Source: Octopus bimaculoides (Eukaryota). From it: a DNA stretch of 58,533 bases. The stretch lies in assembly GCF_001194135.2 (NCBI RefSeq), contig NC_068981.1:173978843-174037375 (forward strand). The letters run 5' to 3'. The translations under genes and the position numbers were made by a program. Of this stretch, positions 1 through 12,430 are shown one piece after another (position 1 is the stretch's first letter; each line of letters starts with the position of its first letter). The notes under the pieces were generated by a model, which did not search any database, was not told the origin of the DNA, and saw nothing but the letters and a program-made list of their open reading frames with translations.

Positions 1-258
1 ATAATTGGAGCACTAGGTTTTGTTAGGAAATGCTTAAAGGAAAATCTGGTTAAACTGGGATTTTCAGAAAGAAATCGACCGGCTAATTCGTACATTACAA
101 GTGCAATCTGTGAGTGGAACAGTAAAAATATGCAAGACTTTTCTCAAGTTCCAAATGTGGATTTGTCTGTGTTAACTACATCCCAAAGATGGAGCCTTGT
201 ATCCTTGTTGGAAACTGGGTCCCTCCTCGGTGGAAGATTTATAATAATTAAAAAATAG
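1..258 (+). mobile_element. 3' end of an RLE-type (R4/Dong-like) non-LTR retrotransposon, 5' part outside window
   Basis: Frame 1 reads IIGALGFVRKCLKENLVKLGFSE. After a 1-nt frameshift at ~68 it reads KEIDRLIRTLQVQSVSGTVKICKTFLKFQM, resembling the C-terminal (I/V)IGALG...LQ...GT.KI motif of restriction-like-endonuclease LINEs. Same family as 24100-24525. Confidence 0.7.
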
Positions 259-260
259 AA

Positions 261-478
261 GACATACATATGTACGTACATATGTACATACATACATACA
301 TGCATGCATGCATGCATGATGGGATTCTTTCATTTTCTGTCTACCAAATTCACTCACAAGGCTTTGGTTGGATTTGAGCAATAGTAGAAGATGTTTGCCC
401 AAGATGCTATGCAGTGGGACTGAACCCAAAACCGTATGATTGGGAAGCAAACCTCTCAACCACACCACAATCATGATC
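261..478 (-). mobile_element. Abundant tRNA-derived SINE (family A), 5' half with (CATA)n/(CATG)n tract
   Basis: Reverse complement matches the family A head seen at 4335 and 17836 (gtggttgagagg...gggttcagtcccactgcatagcatcttgggcaaa...ccttgtgagtgaatttggtagacaga). Confidence 0.8.
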
Positions 479-1261
479 ATCTTTTTCCTGTGTTGGCATG
501 AGTTGGACTGTTTGTCAGGAGCAGGCAAGTCAGAAAACTGCACCTAGCTCTGTTGTCTGCTTTGGCATGGTTTCTCTGGTTGAATGTGCTTCCTAAAGTG
601 AACAACTTTACAGAATGTACTGGATGCTTTTTATGTAGTACCAGCTGCATTGAGGTCACCAAGTGACTTGCAGGACAAGGCCCCTCAATTGTGGTTTGCA
701 GGGAAGAAATATTAATTAAAAATTTTGGTGCAAGTCCAACAATTTGTGGGCAGGGGTAAGAAGATTACATTGACCTAAGTGTTCAGCTGGTACTTATTAG
801 AAATATTGAGGGACAAAAAAAGTGTCTTGCATTAGAGGATAAACATGGCTACTGCAGATGGAGAGAGAGAGAAGAAATGGTGAAGATGTGATGGAGATGG
901 AACAGGGATCTTACACCTAAGTTACCGTGGGGGTGTATACAATGAAATAAACTGGGGATTGGAGAGGTTGAGTGGGTGGGTGAGTCCACAAGATTGCACT
1001 TGGGGAGTGGGAGCTGGTGGTAGTGTATGTAATGAATGGGCACAGGTAGAGAGAGGGAGTATTAGAAGGATATGTTGTAAGGGAAGGGATTCAACAGGGG
1101 TATATTTTGTGCAGGTAAATGGAAAAATGGAGGGGAGAGGAATACAGCAGTGGTGAGCATGGGTGGGAGAAGGGGGAGTTGGTAGGAAGATGCATTGTGG
1201 TGGTAGGGGACAATGGACATAAGGGACATGCATTTATGTCCTGGATTTTACTTAACTGGGT

Positions 1262-1700
1262 GGGTCTTTTCCAGCACAGCAAATCGCTAGTTGTCTTAGT
1301 CCTTTGTCATCTCCTCTGTGAGGCTCAACATCTGAGGATTATTTCTCACCACTTCGAACCACGTCTTCTTGGACTTTCTTTTCTACAGGTTCCTTCCGCA
1401 TTTAGAGAGTGGCACTTCTTTATGCGGCTGTCCTTGTCCATATGCATCGCATGACCATACCAGTGCAGTCTTCTCTCTTGGACACTACAACTGATGCCTC
1501 TTATAACCAATTTTTCTCTGAAAACATTTACACTTTGTCATACATGCACACTGAAATTGCACATTCGACAGAGCATGCTGGCCTCATTTCTTCCAAGCTT
1601 TCATGTGTTCTTTGCAGTCACAGCCAATGTTTTGCTACCATGTAGCATATCTGTCCAAACAGGCATCATGCAATCTGCCTTTCACTCTGAGGGAGAGACC
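1262..1700 (-). mobile_element. RTE-clade LINE, 3' fragment (degraded ORF C-terminus)
   Basis: Minus strand translates, with stops and frameshifts, to GLSLRVKGRLHDAC...MLHGS...RNEASMLCRMCN...QERRLHWYGHAMHMDKDSRIKKCHSL..EGTCRKRKSKKTWFEVV, the typical RTE C-terminal RL.W.GH...GR.KKTW signature. Confidence 0.85.
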
Positions 1701-1847
1701 CTTTGTTACCAACAAAAATAATAACTCTCTGACCTTTGCCAGCTAGTTCTTATTCTTGCAATGATGCTTTCAGATAGCCTAATTTTGTCTTTACTTTCTT
1801 AACTTATTTTTTCTTATTTAAACTTTTTTTAAAAAATAAATTTCTAG

Positions 1848-1918
1848 ATGAATTGCAAGTCTCTCATCTGAAAGAAGAACTCCATAAGAATAGTATATCT
1901 TTCCAGGAAACATCCAAA
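1848..1918 (+). CDS. CCHCR1: CCHCR1 orthologue, internal exon (phase 1 to phase 0): (D)ELQVSHLKEELHKNSISFQETSK
   Basis: tttctAG acceptor (1846-1847) and GTAAGT donor (1919). Only one frame is open. The coiled-coil peptide aligns without gaps to human CCHCR1 as I recall it (SLELQQLREERNRLDAELQLSAR), which lies N-terminal to the downstream exons. Confidence 0.65.
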
Positions 1919-2362
1919 GTAAGTAATTTATTTCATATTTTACTTTTAGTTATACAATTGAAGGATAGCATATACAAACAGGAGAATTAAAACTCTATAC
2001 ATATTACTTATTTTTATTGATAGCCAAGAAGCTACATCAGTGTTACAAGGTCTAGAGTTTTACACCAGAATATTTATCAAACAGGATAAGATTTGAAAGT
2101 TATGTAACATTTATAAATTTTACATCATTATTATCATGTTTGCATGGGCTAGATGGAATTTGTTGAAGTGAATTTTCTCAGCCAGGTGCCCTTCTTATCA
2201 CCAACCTTCACCTGTTTCCAATTAAGGTAATATTTCTAGATGTGTTTTCAAGATATATTGTAAAAGAAGGATACTGCTTGCATGATGGTACATCAAGGCA
2301 AGGAGACAATAATACAAGCATAGACACACACATACATACATCTCTATACATACATATATATA

Positions 2363-2594
2363 CAGGGTTGGCCAAAAGTCACCTTGACACTAAATTAAAA
2401 CCATTTAATTCCAAGATTAAAACAAAAAATTATTTTATATGAAACTTCGCTAATAAATAGACAAATGTTGAAAAAAAAACAGTGATTTTAACTCACAGCA
2501 TTCAATTATTAAACATTGGAAGGAGTAAATAAAATTGAATATTAAGAATTTATGGAATTTTGATTTATTGTCAGGTGACTTTTGGCCAACCCTG
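2363..2594. mobile_element. Tc1/mariner-type MITE
   Basis: 22-bp perfect terminal inverted repeat cagggttggccaaaagtcacct / aggtgacttttggccaaccctg, flanked by TA on both sides; AT-rich non-coding interior. Confidence 0.9.
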
Positions 2595-2604
2595 TATATA
2601 TACA

Positions 2605-2807
2605 TATGAGGAGGTGCTGAAAAGTTCCTGGATTTGGGTAAAAGAGAATACAGGAGGATCAGTTAATTATGATTTTATTCAACATGTTCCCCTCTCAGAT
2701 TCACACACATATTGCAGTGGTTCTTCAGTTTTTCTAAGCCTTGTTAAAGAACTTGGAAAGTTGGTCCTTCATCCAGGCCTTTCACAATACCCTTAAAGTT
2801 AGGAACT
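2605..2807 (-). mobile_element. Mariner element 3' end (transposase C-terminus plus TIR), runs into gap
   Basis: Minus strand reads QGLEKLKNHCNMCVNLRGEHVE*, like the mariner C-terminus (G..KL..RW.KCV...G.YVE). Terminus tatgaggaggtgctgaaaagttcc resembles a mariner TIR. Confidence 0.7.
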
Positions 2808-3326
2808 NNNNNNNNNNNNNNNNNNNNNNNNNNNNNNNNNNNNNNNNNNNNNNNNNNNNNNNNNNNNNNNNNNNNNNNNNNNNNNNNNNNNNNNNNNNNN
2901 NNNNNNNNNNNNNNNNNNNNNNNNNNNNNNNNNNNNNNNNNNNNNNNNNNNNNNNNNNNNNNNNNNNNNNNNNNNNNNNNNNNNNNNNNNNNNNNNNNNN
3001 NNNNNNNNNNNNNNNNNNNNNNNNNNNNNNNNNNNNNNNNNNNNNNNNNNNNNNNNNNNNNNNNNNNNNNNNNNNNNNNNNNNNNNNNNNNNNNNNNNNN
3101 NNNNNNNNNNNNNNNNNNNNNNNNNNNNNNNNNNNNNNNNNNNNNNNNNNNNNNNNNNNNNNNNNNNNNNNNNNNNNNNNNNNNNNNNNNNNNNNNNNNN
3201 NNNNNNNNNNNNNNNNNNNNNNNNNNNNNNNNNNNNNNNNNNNNNNNNNNNNNNNNNNNNTGTGTGTGTGTGTGTGTTTTGTGTTTGCCCCCCCCCCTCC
3301 ACTGCTTGACAACCGGTGTTGGTTTA

Positions 3327-3709
3327 TTCTTTTACTCTTTTACTTGTTTCAGTCATTTTGACTGTGGCCATGCTAGAGCACTGTCTTTAATCAAATGAAT
3401 CGATCTCAGGACTTATTCTTTGTAAGCCTGGTACTTATTCTATTGGTGTCTTTTGCCGAGCTGCTAAGTTACGGGGACGTAAACACACCAACGACGGTTG
3501 TCAAGCAATGATGGTGGTGGTGGGTGACAAACACATACACACGCACACATACAATGGGCTTCTTTCAGTTTCCATCTACCAAATCCAAGGCTTTGGTCTG
3601 CCTGCGGCTTTAGCAGAAGACACTTACCCAAGGTGCTATGCGGTGGGACTGAACCTGGAAACATGTGGTTGGGAAGCAAGTTTCTTACCACACAGCCACA
3701 CCTGCGCCT
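3327..3709 (-). mobile_element. Family A SINE (full length) nested in an opposite-strand family A SINE (3261-3325 plus 3711-3850)
   Basis: Starts with the reverse tail cttttactcttttacttgtttcagtcat and ends at the reverse head ccacacagccacacctgcgcc. The flanking + strand SINE body is split at ggtttat|...|gtttatg. Confidence 0.85.
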
Positions 3710-4334
3710 ATTGTTTATGTTTCCATAATTTAGTGGTTCAGCAAAAGAGCTCGATAGAATAAGTACTGGGGTTGATTTGTTCAACTAAAACCCTTCAAGG
3801 CAGTACCCCAGCATGGGCGCAGTCTAGTGACTCAAACAAAACAAAGATGTATTATTAAGGATTAAATTTAGTACATACTATTAAAAGAAGTGTTTGAGTT
3901 GGAATAAGATAAACTGAAAAAAAACTGAAGGAACTTAAGAAAAATATAGAAATAGTGAGATTGCTATTTGAATTATAATTGACTTGTATATTACAGTTTG
4001 ATGATGACAATGAATTTGGTATAGACAGCATTGTTTTTAACCATTTCATTACAATATTTTGGTTGAAACACACTGCCTTTGTTTCAATTAAATTTTGAAA
4101 ATAATGAAAATTCTAGCTGATGTAAGGTGGCGAGTTGGCAGAATCATTAGCACATACAACAAACAAGATGAGGACAAATATCCGTCAAATGTAAATAATG
4201 TAAATAATGTAAATAATGTAGCAAATTAGTTATTTGAATTTTTGACTGACCATTATATAATTTTGTGGCAATGAGAATGTGTGTATTTGTGAGTGTATTG
4301 TTGTAGTTTGGAAGAGACATGTTTGCCAATAATT

Positions 4335-4719
4335 AGGAGTGGCTGTGTGGTAAGTAGCTAGCTTACCAACCACATGGTCCCGGGTTCAGTCCCCCTGCGT
4401 GGCATCTTGGGCAAGTGTCTTCTACTATAGCCTCGGGTCGACCAAAGCCTTGTGAGTGGATTTGGTAGACGGAAACTGAAAGAAGCCCGTCGTATATGTA
4501 TGTGTTTGTGTGTCTGTGTTTGTCCCCCCAACATCGCTTGACAACCGATGCTGGTGTGTTTATGTCCTCGTAACTTAGCGGTTCGGCAAAAGAGACCGAT
4601 AAAATAAGTACTAGGCTTACAAAGAATAAGTTCTGGGGTCTATTTGCTCGACTAAAAGCGGTGTTCCAGCATGGCCGCAGTCAAATGACTGAAACAATTA
4701 AAAGAGTAAAAGAGAGTAG
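4335..4719 (+). mobile_element. Family A tRNA-derived SINE, full length, young
   Basis: Head ggagtggctgtgtggtaag...ccgggttcagtcccc (A/B-box-like), internal (TG)n, tail ccagcatggccgcagtcaaatgactgaaac(agtaaaag)n. More than 12 copies in the window. Confidence 0.9.
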
Positions 4720-5594
4720 NNNNNNNNNNNNNNNNNNNNNNNNNNNNNNNNNNNNNNNNNNNNNNNNNNNNNNNNNNNNNNNNNNNNNNNNNNNNNNNNN
4801 NNNNNNNNNNNNNNNNNNNNNNNNNNNNNNNNNNNNNNNNNNNNNNNNNNNNNNNNNNNNNNNNNNNNNNNNNNNNNNNNNNNNNNNNNNNNNNNNNNNN
4901 NNNNNNNNNNNNNNNNNNNNNNNNNNNNNNNNNNNNNNNNNNNNNNNNNNNNNNNNNNNNNNNNNNNNNNNNNNNNNNNNNNNNNNNNNNNNNNNNNNNN
5001 NNNNNNNNNNNNNNNNNNNNNNNNNNNNNNNNNNNNNNNNNNNNNNNNNNNNNNNNNNNNNNNNNNNNNNNNNNNNNNNNNNNNNNNNNNNNNNNNNNNN
5101 NNNNNNNNNNNNNNNNNNNNNNNNNNNNNNNNNNNNNNNNNNNNNNNNNNNNNNNNNNNNNNNNNNNNNNNNNNNNNNNNNNNNNNNNNNNNNNNNNNNN
5201 NNNNNNNNNNNNNNNNNNNNNNNNNNNNNNNNNNNNNNNNNNNNNNNNNNNNNNNNNNNNNNNNNNNNNNNNNNNNNNNNNNNNNNNNNNNNNNNNNNNN
5301 NNNNNNNNNNNNNNNNNNNNNNNNNNNNNNNNNNNNNNNNNNNNNNNNNNNNNNNNNNNNNNNNNNNNNNNNNNNNNNNNNNNNNNNNNNNNNNNNNNNN
5401 NNNNNNNNNNNNNNNNNNNNNNNNNNNNNNNNNNNNNNNNNNNNNNNNNNNNNNNNNNNNNNNNNNNNNNNNNNNNNNNNNNNNNNNNNNNNNNNNNNNN
5501 NNNNNNNNNNNNNNNNNNNNNNNNNNNNNNNNNNNNNNNNNNNNNNNNNNNNNNNNNNNNNNNNNNNNNNNNNNNNNNNNNNNNNNNNNNNNNN

Positions 5595-5639
<45 letters not shown>

Positions 5640-5846
5640 CTGTTTGTCCCCGCAATATTGCTTGACAACCGACGCTGGTGTGTTTATGCCCTCGTAACTT
5701 AGCGGTTCGGCAAAAGAGACCGATAAAATAAGTACTAGGCTTACAAAGAATAAGTTCTGGGGTCTATTTGCTCGACTAAAAGCGGTGTTCCAGCATGGCC
5801 GCAGTCAAATGACTGAAACAATTAAAAGAGTAAAAGAGAGTAGAGA
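5595..5846 (+). mobile_element. Family A SINE 3' half, near-identical to 4560-4719 across the gap
   Basis: Shares private variants (ttctggggtctatt, acaattaaaag) with the copy left of the gap. Confidence 0.8.
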
Positions 5847-5867
5847 GTGAAATGAAATTGCATTATA

Positions 5868-6026
5868 TGCATAGGTGAGGCTGTGTGGTAAAATGTTCAT
5901 TTCCTAACCATGTGGTTATGGGTTCAGTTCCAATGCATGGCACCTTGGGCAAATGTCTTGTTCTACAGTCCCAGGGTGGCCAAAGCTTGTGAATGGATTT
6001 GGTAGATGGAAATCAAAAGAAACCAT

Positions 6027-6074
<48 letters not shown>

Positions 6075-6300
6075 CGTGTGTGCATGTGCATGTTCATTTG
6101 TGTGTGTATTTGTGACTGTGTGTGTGTGTCCCTGTCTTGATGTTGCATGATAGTTGTAAATGTGTATCACTGTCATACAAGCAGTGTCATTCATTTCCAA
6201 TGTTCCATAAAAACATGTCTGACCATATGGAAATATCAACTTGCTTGGGGGAAGGTGAGGGTTGTTGACAAGAAAATCGTCCATCCAGCCATAGAAAATC
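5868..6300 (+). mobile_element. SINE with family A head and a different (RTE-type) tail
   Basis: Head matches family A to the (TG)n tract. The 3' part (cctgtcttgatgttgcatgatagttgtaaatg...catccagccatagaaaatc) differs from the family A tail. Confidence 0.6.
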
Positions 6301-6381
6301 TCTCACCATTGTGTAAACCATAACATTGACTAATGCTTTCACCATGACAGCAATTTTGTTTACTCTTTCACTATTTTGTTA

Positions 6382-7639
6382 TCTATATATATAAAAATGA
6401 GAATGTGTGTCTGTGTGTGTGTCTGTCTGTCTGTCTGCCTGTCTGTGTGAATCCCTAAAACTCGAGAACTACGCAACCAATTTCATTCAAATTTTACAGA
6501 TGCCTTACTTAGGGTTCCAGTTGTGTTTTAGTCAAAAAAATTTTAACTTCTTGCAGAGTTCGAGCCCACGGCAACATAATATCTCCTCCACTATTTAAGT
6601 ATTACGTGTCAAAAGTGAAACAAAAACACTCATGTCAAATACTTTCACTTTAAAAATGAAACTATTCTACTAACTGAAACAATCACATTTTGATACTGTN
6701 NNNNNNNNNNNNNNNNNNNNNNNNNNNNNNNNNNNNNNNNNNNNNNNNNNNNNNNNNNNNNNNNNNNNNNNNNNNNNNNNNNNNNNNNNNNNNNNNNNNN
6801 NNNNNNNNNNNNNNNNNNNNNNNNNNNNNNNNNNNNNNNNNNNNNNNNNNNNNNNNNNNNNNNNNNNNNNNNNNNNNNNNNNNNNNNNNNNNNNNNNNNN
6901 NNNNNNNNNNNNNNNNNNNNNNNNNNNNNNNNNNNNNNNNNNNNNNNNNNNNNNNNNNNNNNNNNNNNNNNNNNNNNNNNNNNNNNNNNNNNNNNNNNNN
7001 NNNNNNNNNNNNNNNNNNNNNNNNNNNNNNNNNNNNNNNNNNNNNNNNNNNNNNNNNNNNNNNNNNNNNNNNNNNNNNNNNNNNNNNNNNNNNNNNNNNN
7101 NNNNNNNNNNNNNNNNNNNNNNNNNNNNNNNNNNNNNNNNNNNNNNNNNNNNNNNNNNNNNNNNNNNNNNNNNNNNNNNNNNNNNNNNNNNNNNNNNNNN
7201 NNNNNNNNNNNNNNNNNNNNNNNNNNNNNNNNNNNNNNNNNNNNNNNNNNNNNNNNNNNNNNNNNNNNNNNNNNNNNNNNNNNNNNNNNNNNNNNNNNNN
7301 NNNGCATAAATTGTCAAGTAAATGAGACGCATCTTAGCCGCCACTGATTCACTTGCAAAGTGTTAAGTAAAATTATTTCGTTGCAGACCTCCTTTGGGTC
7401 TTTTTATTATCACTGCGACACACATAGTCCCCAGTTGGTAACATTGATTTCAAGGCCCTCCTAGATGAGAGACTGGCATTCCACTTAATGTCTATGTTCC
7501 ATGCTGGCATGGATTGGAGAGTTATTAATGTAGAAATATGGTATCGTAGCTACTAACAGTTGAGGGTTGCGTAGTCTAGACGGCGTTTTTAGATTTCATT
7601 ATTCTCTTTAACCCGGGCAAAGCCGGGTATTTCTGCTAG
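6382..7639 (+). mobile_element. Non-autonomous Helitron (gap inside)
   Basis: Inserted between A(6381) and T(7640). 5' TC start (TCTATATATATAAAAATGAGAATG followed by (tctg)n), 3' hairpin ACCCGG-gcaaag-CCGGGT (7611-7628) and terminal CTAG (7636-7639). Confidence 0.85.
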
Positions 7640-8129
7640 TACAGCTATAAAGTTACTTCCTTGTTACTGAGGTTTAGTCATTCAGGAAGCTTCTATGTAG
7701 TCACTCAACCCCCTAGAAATAGCAGCCAGTTTTTTTTCAGATTACACCCTTCTGTATTTTTAAGGAAAAGAAAGGACATATTGAATATTGTAATCCCACA
7801 CATCATCATCATCACCATTTTAATGTCCACTTTTCCATACTTGCATGGGTTGTTCATTGAGGCAGATTTCTACAGCTGGATGTCCTTCCTGTCACCAACC
7901 CTTACCTGTTCCCAAGTAATGTAACATTTCCTTATGGCAAGGCATATTTTCAAGAATAGTCCTGCGTGTTTATGTATGAGGCTGACACCCAATTTATAAA
8001 TATTATGTCATGTCAAGACAAGGAAACACAAACATATATAGACATATTTGCATGTGCAAGCAGACACTTGTACATCTATATATATATATCCTCATCATCA
8101 TCATGATCACCATGATCGTTGTAATTGAA

Positions 8130-8820
8130 CCATATTCGATGGCTGGCACCTGCACCAGTGGAGCATTGATGGCGCTGTCCGAGCATGTTCTTTGCCAGCT
8201 GTCTGGCTTCTGTGCTGGTGGCCCATAAATGGCATTTGAGTGTAATCGTTACCAGCGTTGCCTTCTAGCACTTGTGCTGGTGGCATGTTAGAAAATCATT
8301 TGAGCGAGGTCGTTGTCAGTGCCGCTGGACTGGCTCCCGTGCAGGTGGCATGTAAAAAACACCTCTTGAGCGAGGCCGTTGCCAGTACCGTGTGACTGGC
8401 CCTCGTGCCAGTGGCATGTAAAAGCACCCACTACACTCTCGGAGTGGTTGGCGTTAGGAAGGGCATCCAGCTGTAGAAATTTTGCCAAATCAGATTGGAG
8501 CCTGGTGCAACCTTCTGGCTTGCCAGTCCTCAGTCAAATCATCCAACCCATGCTAGCATGGAAAGCGGACGTTAAACGATGATGATGATGATGATGATGA
8601 AGATATATATATACATATATGCCAAGTAAAAAGTACTCAGTCCACTCTGCTGGGTGTTTGGTGTTAGGAAGGACATCCAGCCGTAAAAACCCTGCCAAAA
8701 CAGACACAGAAGTCTGGTGCAGGTTTTTGCCTGACCGGCTCCTGTCAAACCATCCAACCCATGCCAGCGTGAAAGGTGGATGTTAAACAATGATGATGAT
8801 AATGATGATGATAATGATGA
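8130..8820 (+). mobile_element. Two tandem non-autonomous RTE-tail repeats ending in (GAT)n
   Basis: atgtaaaagcacccactacactctcggagtggttggcgttaggaagggcatccagc...caacccatgctagcatggaaagcggacgttaaac(gat)n at 8130-8600 and a diverged copy at 8630-8820; same repeat at 11540-11808 and 22745-23360. Confidence 0.75.
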
Positions 8821-8825
8821 CATAC

Positions 8826-9235
8826 TCACGTGAGCTTTCAGTTTCCATCTACCAAATCCACTTACAGGGCTTTGGTCAGCATGGAGCTATATTCTTTTAT
8901 TCTTTTACTTGTTTCAGTCATTTGACTGCGGCCATGCTGAAGTTCTGTCTTGAAGGGTGTTCAAATCGGTCTCTTTTGCTGAACTGCTAAGTTACGGGGA
9001 CATAAACACACTAACACTGTTATCAAGCAGTGATGGGGAGACAAACACAGACATGAAGACACACACATATACGACAGGCTTTTTTCAGTTTGTTTACCAA
9101 ATCCACTCACAAGGCTTTGGTTGGCCTGAGGCTTTAGTAGAAGACACTTGCCCAAGGTGCCATGCAGTAGGACAGAACCCAGAACCATGTGGTTGAGAAG
9201 TTATTTATTAACCACACACCTATGTTTACACCTGT
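8826..9235 (-). mobile_element. Family A SINE(s), minus strand, composite
   Basis: Reverse tail cttttacttgtttcagtcatttgactgcggccatgctg and reverse head cccaaggtgccatgcagtaggacagaacccagaaccatgtggttg. Confidence 0.8.
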
Positions 9236-9365
9236 GACTGAAAAATAAGACAGGCAAGTCACAGGTGCAAAGTCTTTAATCCTAGGTTTCCTCAATCAGA
9301 GATTAAGTGGGATTAAACAACAACAACAGTCAATTTAACTTCAACCAAAGAGGGTGCCTCTAGAA

Positions 9366-10201
9366 CAGCAGCTCTCAACCATTTTTTTTAGTTATGGACA
9401 CCTTTGATTATTATTTTACTTTGGTGGAACCCCATAGCCATTCCATGTTTTATAAACTAGTTTTGATGGAAACTTCCTTCAAAATTCCTATTTTGTTTTT
9501 TCACACATTTACTTGTGTAGGTTTGCAATAACACTCTTTGTGAGAACATGTTTCAGTGACTGGAAACATGTTGAAATATGCTAAGCATTAGAGAAAGAAA
9601 CCTAGTTGTTTCTTGCAATATAAATATCTGAAGCAGAATTGTTTTTTTATTTACCCATATAGGTGCAGGCGTGATTGTGTGGTAAGAAGCTTGCTTCTCG
9701 ATTATATGGTTTCAGGTTTAGTCCCACTGTATATAACCTTGAGCAAGTGTCTTCCACTATAACTTCGGGCTGACCAAAGCTTAGTGAGTGGATTTGGTAG
9801 ATGGAAACTGAAAGAAGCCCGTCGTGTGTGTGTGTGTGTGCATGTCTTTGTGTCTGTGTTTGTCCCCCACCACTGTTTGACAACCAGTGTCATGTTTACA
9901 TTTTCACAACTTAGCAGCTCAGCAAAAGGGATTGATAGTATAAGTACCAAGCTTAAAATAAGTACTGGGGTTGATTCATTTGACTAAAAATTCTTCAAGG
10001 TGGTGCCCCAGCATGGCTGCAGTGTAATGACTGAAACAAGTAAAAGATAAAAGATTAGAGAAAGGTACCTAGTTGTTTCTTGCAATAGATATGTCTGAGG
10101 GAGAATTTTTTCATGTACCTGTAAAATACTGCCTTGGACTCCAATTTAATTATCTTGATTGCACGGACCCTAAAAAATGTTAATTTGGTTGAGAACCAAT
10201 G
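9366..10201. mobile_element. hAT-type MITE with 8-bp TSD, containing a nested family A SINE (9660-10056)
   Basis: TIRs cagcagctctcaacc / ggttgagaaccaatg; 8-bp duplication ctctagaa at 9358-9365 and 10202-10209. Confidence 0.85.
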
Positions 10202-10613
10202 CTCTAGAAATAGTGACCAAATCCCCTTCAAACTACATCACAGCATGTTAAGATATGGGTGACATTTTAGATAATATAGTTTAAAATATATTAGTTTATA
10301 TTAGTAAAAATATAAAGTTTAGATAATATAATTTAAAAAAGAAATGGGATGGTCATGGATGGAATGTCTTTGATCGATAGGTTTGCTTGATCAGGACTGA
10401 TGTATGGCCAAACAACAACTATTCTAATTTTTTTACAGTCTCATTTTGCCAACAAAAATTCCTGTAGTCACATCATGCTATAACATTTTACTTCTGATAT
10501 TCTAGAACCACTAAACTATAATGAAATTATATTTACTTTATTTCTGAACTACAAAACTATTGCTTCACTGCAGAATGGTAATGGTCAAAAGAGCATTCTT
10601 TGATTCTTTAGAT

Positions 10614-10894
10614 CAGGGGTTTTCAAACTGTGGTCCGCGGACCACAGGGGATCCGCAAGGACAAGACAGGGGGTCCATAGACAGCAAATACTTTTTATGG
10701 GCAATTTGATTTTATATATGTTTTTTAATCGAAATCTTTTAATTGACAATAAACCTATTTGTTAAATACTGTTAAATAAATAAATGTAAAAATATGTTAT
10801 TTTAAGCAAATATTCATAAGCGTTTATAAGGGGGTCCCTAAGGTAAAGCCTGAAATATAAAGGGATCTGCAAGTCAAAAAGTTTGAAAACCCCT
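10614..10894. mobile_element. hAT-type MITE
   Basis: TIR caggggttttcaaact (10614) / agtttgaaaacccct (to 10894, abuts gap so the TSD cannot be checked); subterminal ggtccgcggacc motifs. Confidence 0.8.
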
Positions 10895-11539
10895 NNNNNN
10901 NNNNNNNNNNNNNNNNNNNNNNNNNNNNNNNNNNNNNNNNNNNNNNNNNNNNNNNNNNNNNNNNNNNNNNNNNNNNNNNNNNNNNNNNNNNNNNNNNNNN
11001 NNNNNNNNNNNNNNNNNNNNNNNNNNNNNNNNNNNNNNNNNNNNNNNNNNNNNNNNNNNNNNNNNNNNNNNNNNNNNNNNNNNNNNNNNNNNNNNNNNNN
11101 NNNNNNNNNNNNNNNNNNNNNNNNNNNNNNNNNNNNNNNNNNNNNNNNNNNNNNNNNNNNNNNNNNNNNNNNNNNNNNNNNNNNNNNNNNNNNNNNNNNN
11201 NNNNNNNNNNNNNNNNNNNNNNNNNNNNNNNNNNNNNNNNNNNNNNNNNNNNNNNNNNNNNNNNNNNNNNNNNNNNNNNNNNNNNNNNNNNNNNNNNNNN
11301 NNNNNNNNNNNNNNNNNNNNNNNNNNNNNNNNNNNNNNNNNNNNNNNNNNNNNNNNNNNNNNNNNNNNNNNNNNNNNNNNNNNNNNNNNNNNNNNNNNNN
11401 NNNNNNNNNNNNNNNNNNNNNNNNNNNNNNNNNNTTCTCTTGCAAGTTTTTCTGTGTAATTCTTCTAACTGATAATATGTATTTCTGTATAATTCTGGAG
11501 TCTGTGCATGACAACATTTCATTAGAAGTGTTTGTTTTG

Positions 11540-11808
11540 CCAGTGCCCCTGGACTGGCTTGTGCGGGTGGCACATAAAAGACACCATTTCGAGCGTGGCC
11601 GTTTTCGTGCGGGTGACACGTAAAAGCACCCACTACACTCTCTGAGTGGTTGGCGTTAGGAAGGGCATCCAGCTGTAGAAACTCTGCCAAATCAGACTGG
11701 AGCCTGGTGTTGCCATCCGGTTTCACCAGTCCTCAGTCAAATCGTCCAACCCATGCTAGCATGGAAAGCGGACGTTAAACGATGATGATGATGATGATGA
11801 TGATGATG
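11540..11808 (+). mobile_element. RTE-tail non-autonomous repeat ending in (GAT)n
   Basis: Same consensus as 8380-8600, CpGs retained, (gat)n tail. Confidence 0.75.
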
Positions 11809-12254
11809 TACAATTTCCTTAAGCAAGACAGTATGATCATGATGATAATGATTGTTTTAACATCCATTTTCCCATGTTTGCATGTGTCAGATGGAAATAG
11901 TTGACAAGGCAGATTTTCTTTGATGGAAATTGTTGATAAGGTAGATTTTCTGTGATGGGATGCCCTTCCTGTCACAAACCCTCATCTTATTACTTTTCTT
12001 GTTTCCAAAGTAATAATTAATATTGCTTTGGACCTCCAATTTGCTAAAAAAATCTTATTTGGACCCTGGTTGAAAACCTTTGCTCAAATTACATGAATGA
12101 TAATTCTCTGTGGCTGCACATGTTTTCATAGAAGATTGGAAATGAATGACTCTGTTTGCACAAAGTCAAGATAAGGAGACAAACACTCATGCATGGACAT
12201 ACATAGACACACATACATACATGTATACATATATACACATACACGCATGCATGC

Positions 12255-12430
12255 ACACACACACTCAGACGCGCGTGCGACAAGATTCATCGAATTTCCA
12301 TCTACCAAACCCACTCAGAAGGATTTGATTAGCCCAAAGCTGTAGTGAAAGAAGACAATTGCCCAAGGTGCCATGCAGTGAGACTGAACTTAAAACCTTG
12401 TGGTTGGGAAGTGAACTTTTTAACCACAGA
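12255..12430 (-). mobile_element. Family A SINE 5' half
   Basis: Reverse head gcccaaggtgccatgcagtgagactgaacttaaaaccttgtggttgggaag. Confidence 0.75.

Noticed and set aside
3876-4021. Coiled-coil-looking stretch (YILLKEVFELE*DKLKK / LKELKKNIEIV) and a 22-nt AG...GT mini-exon (FDDDNEF) as candidates for the missing CCHCR1 exon
   Set aside because: The first has an in-frame TAA and a frameshift (A-to-I editing would not plausibly rescue both). The second has a weak donor (gtatag) and no similarity to the expected peptide.
4560-5846. Near-identical SINE 3' halves either side of the 4720-5594 gap
   Set aside because: Shared private variants suggest two haplotypes or an overlap artefact rather than a biological tandem system; cannot be resolved without reads.
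8130-11810. Regularly recurring short motifs (gtgccagtggcatgtaaaa) that could mimic a CRISPR-like array
   Set aside because: They are internal subrepeats of a eukaryotic retroposon, with variable units and no unique spacers or cas genes.
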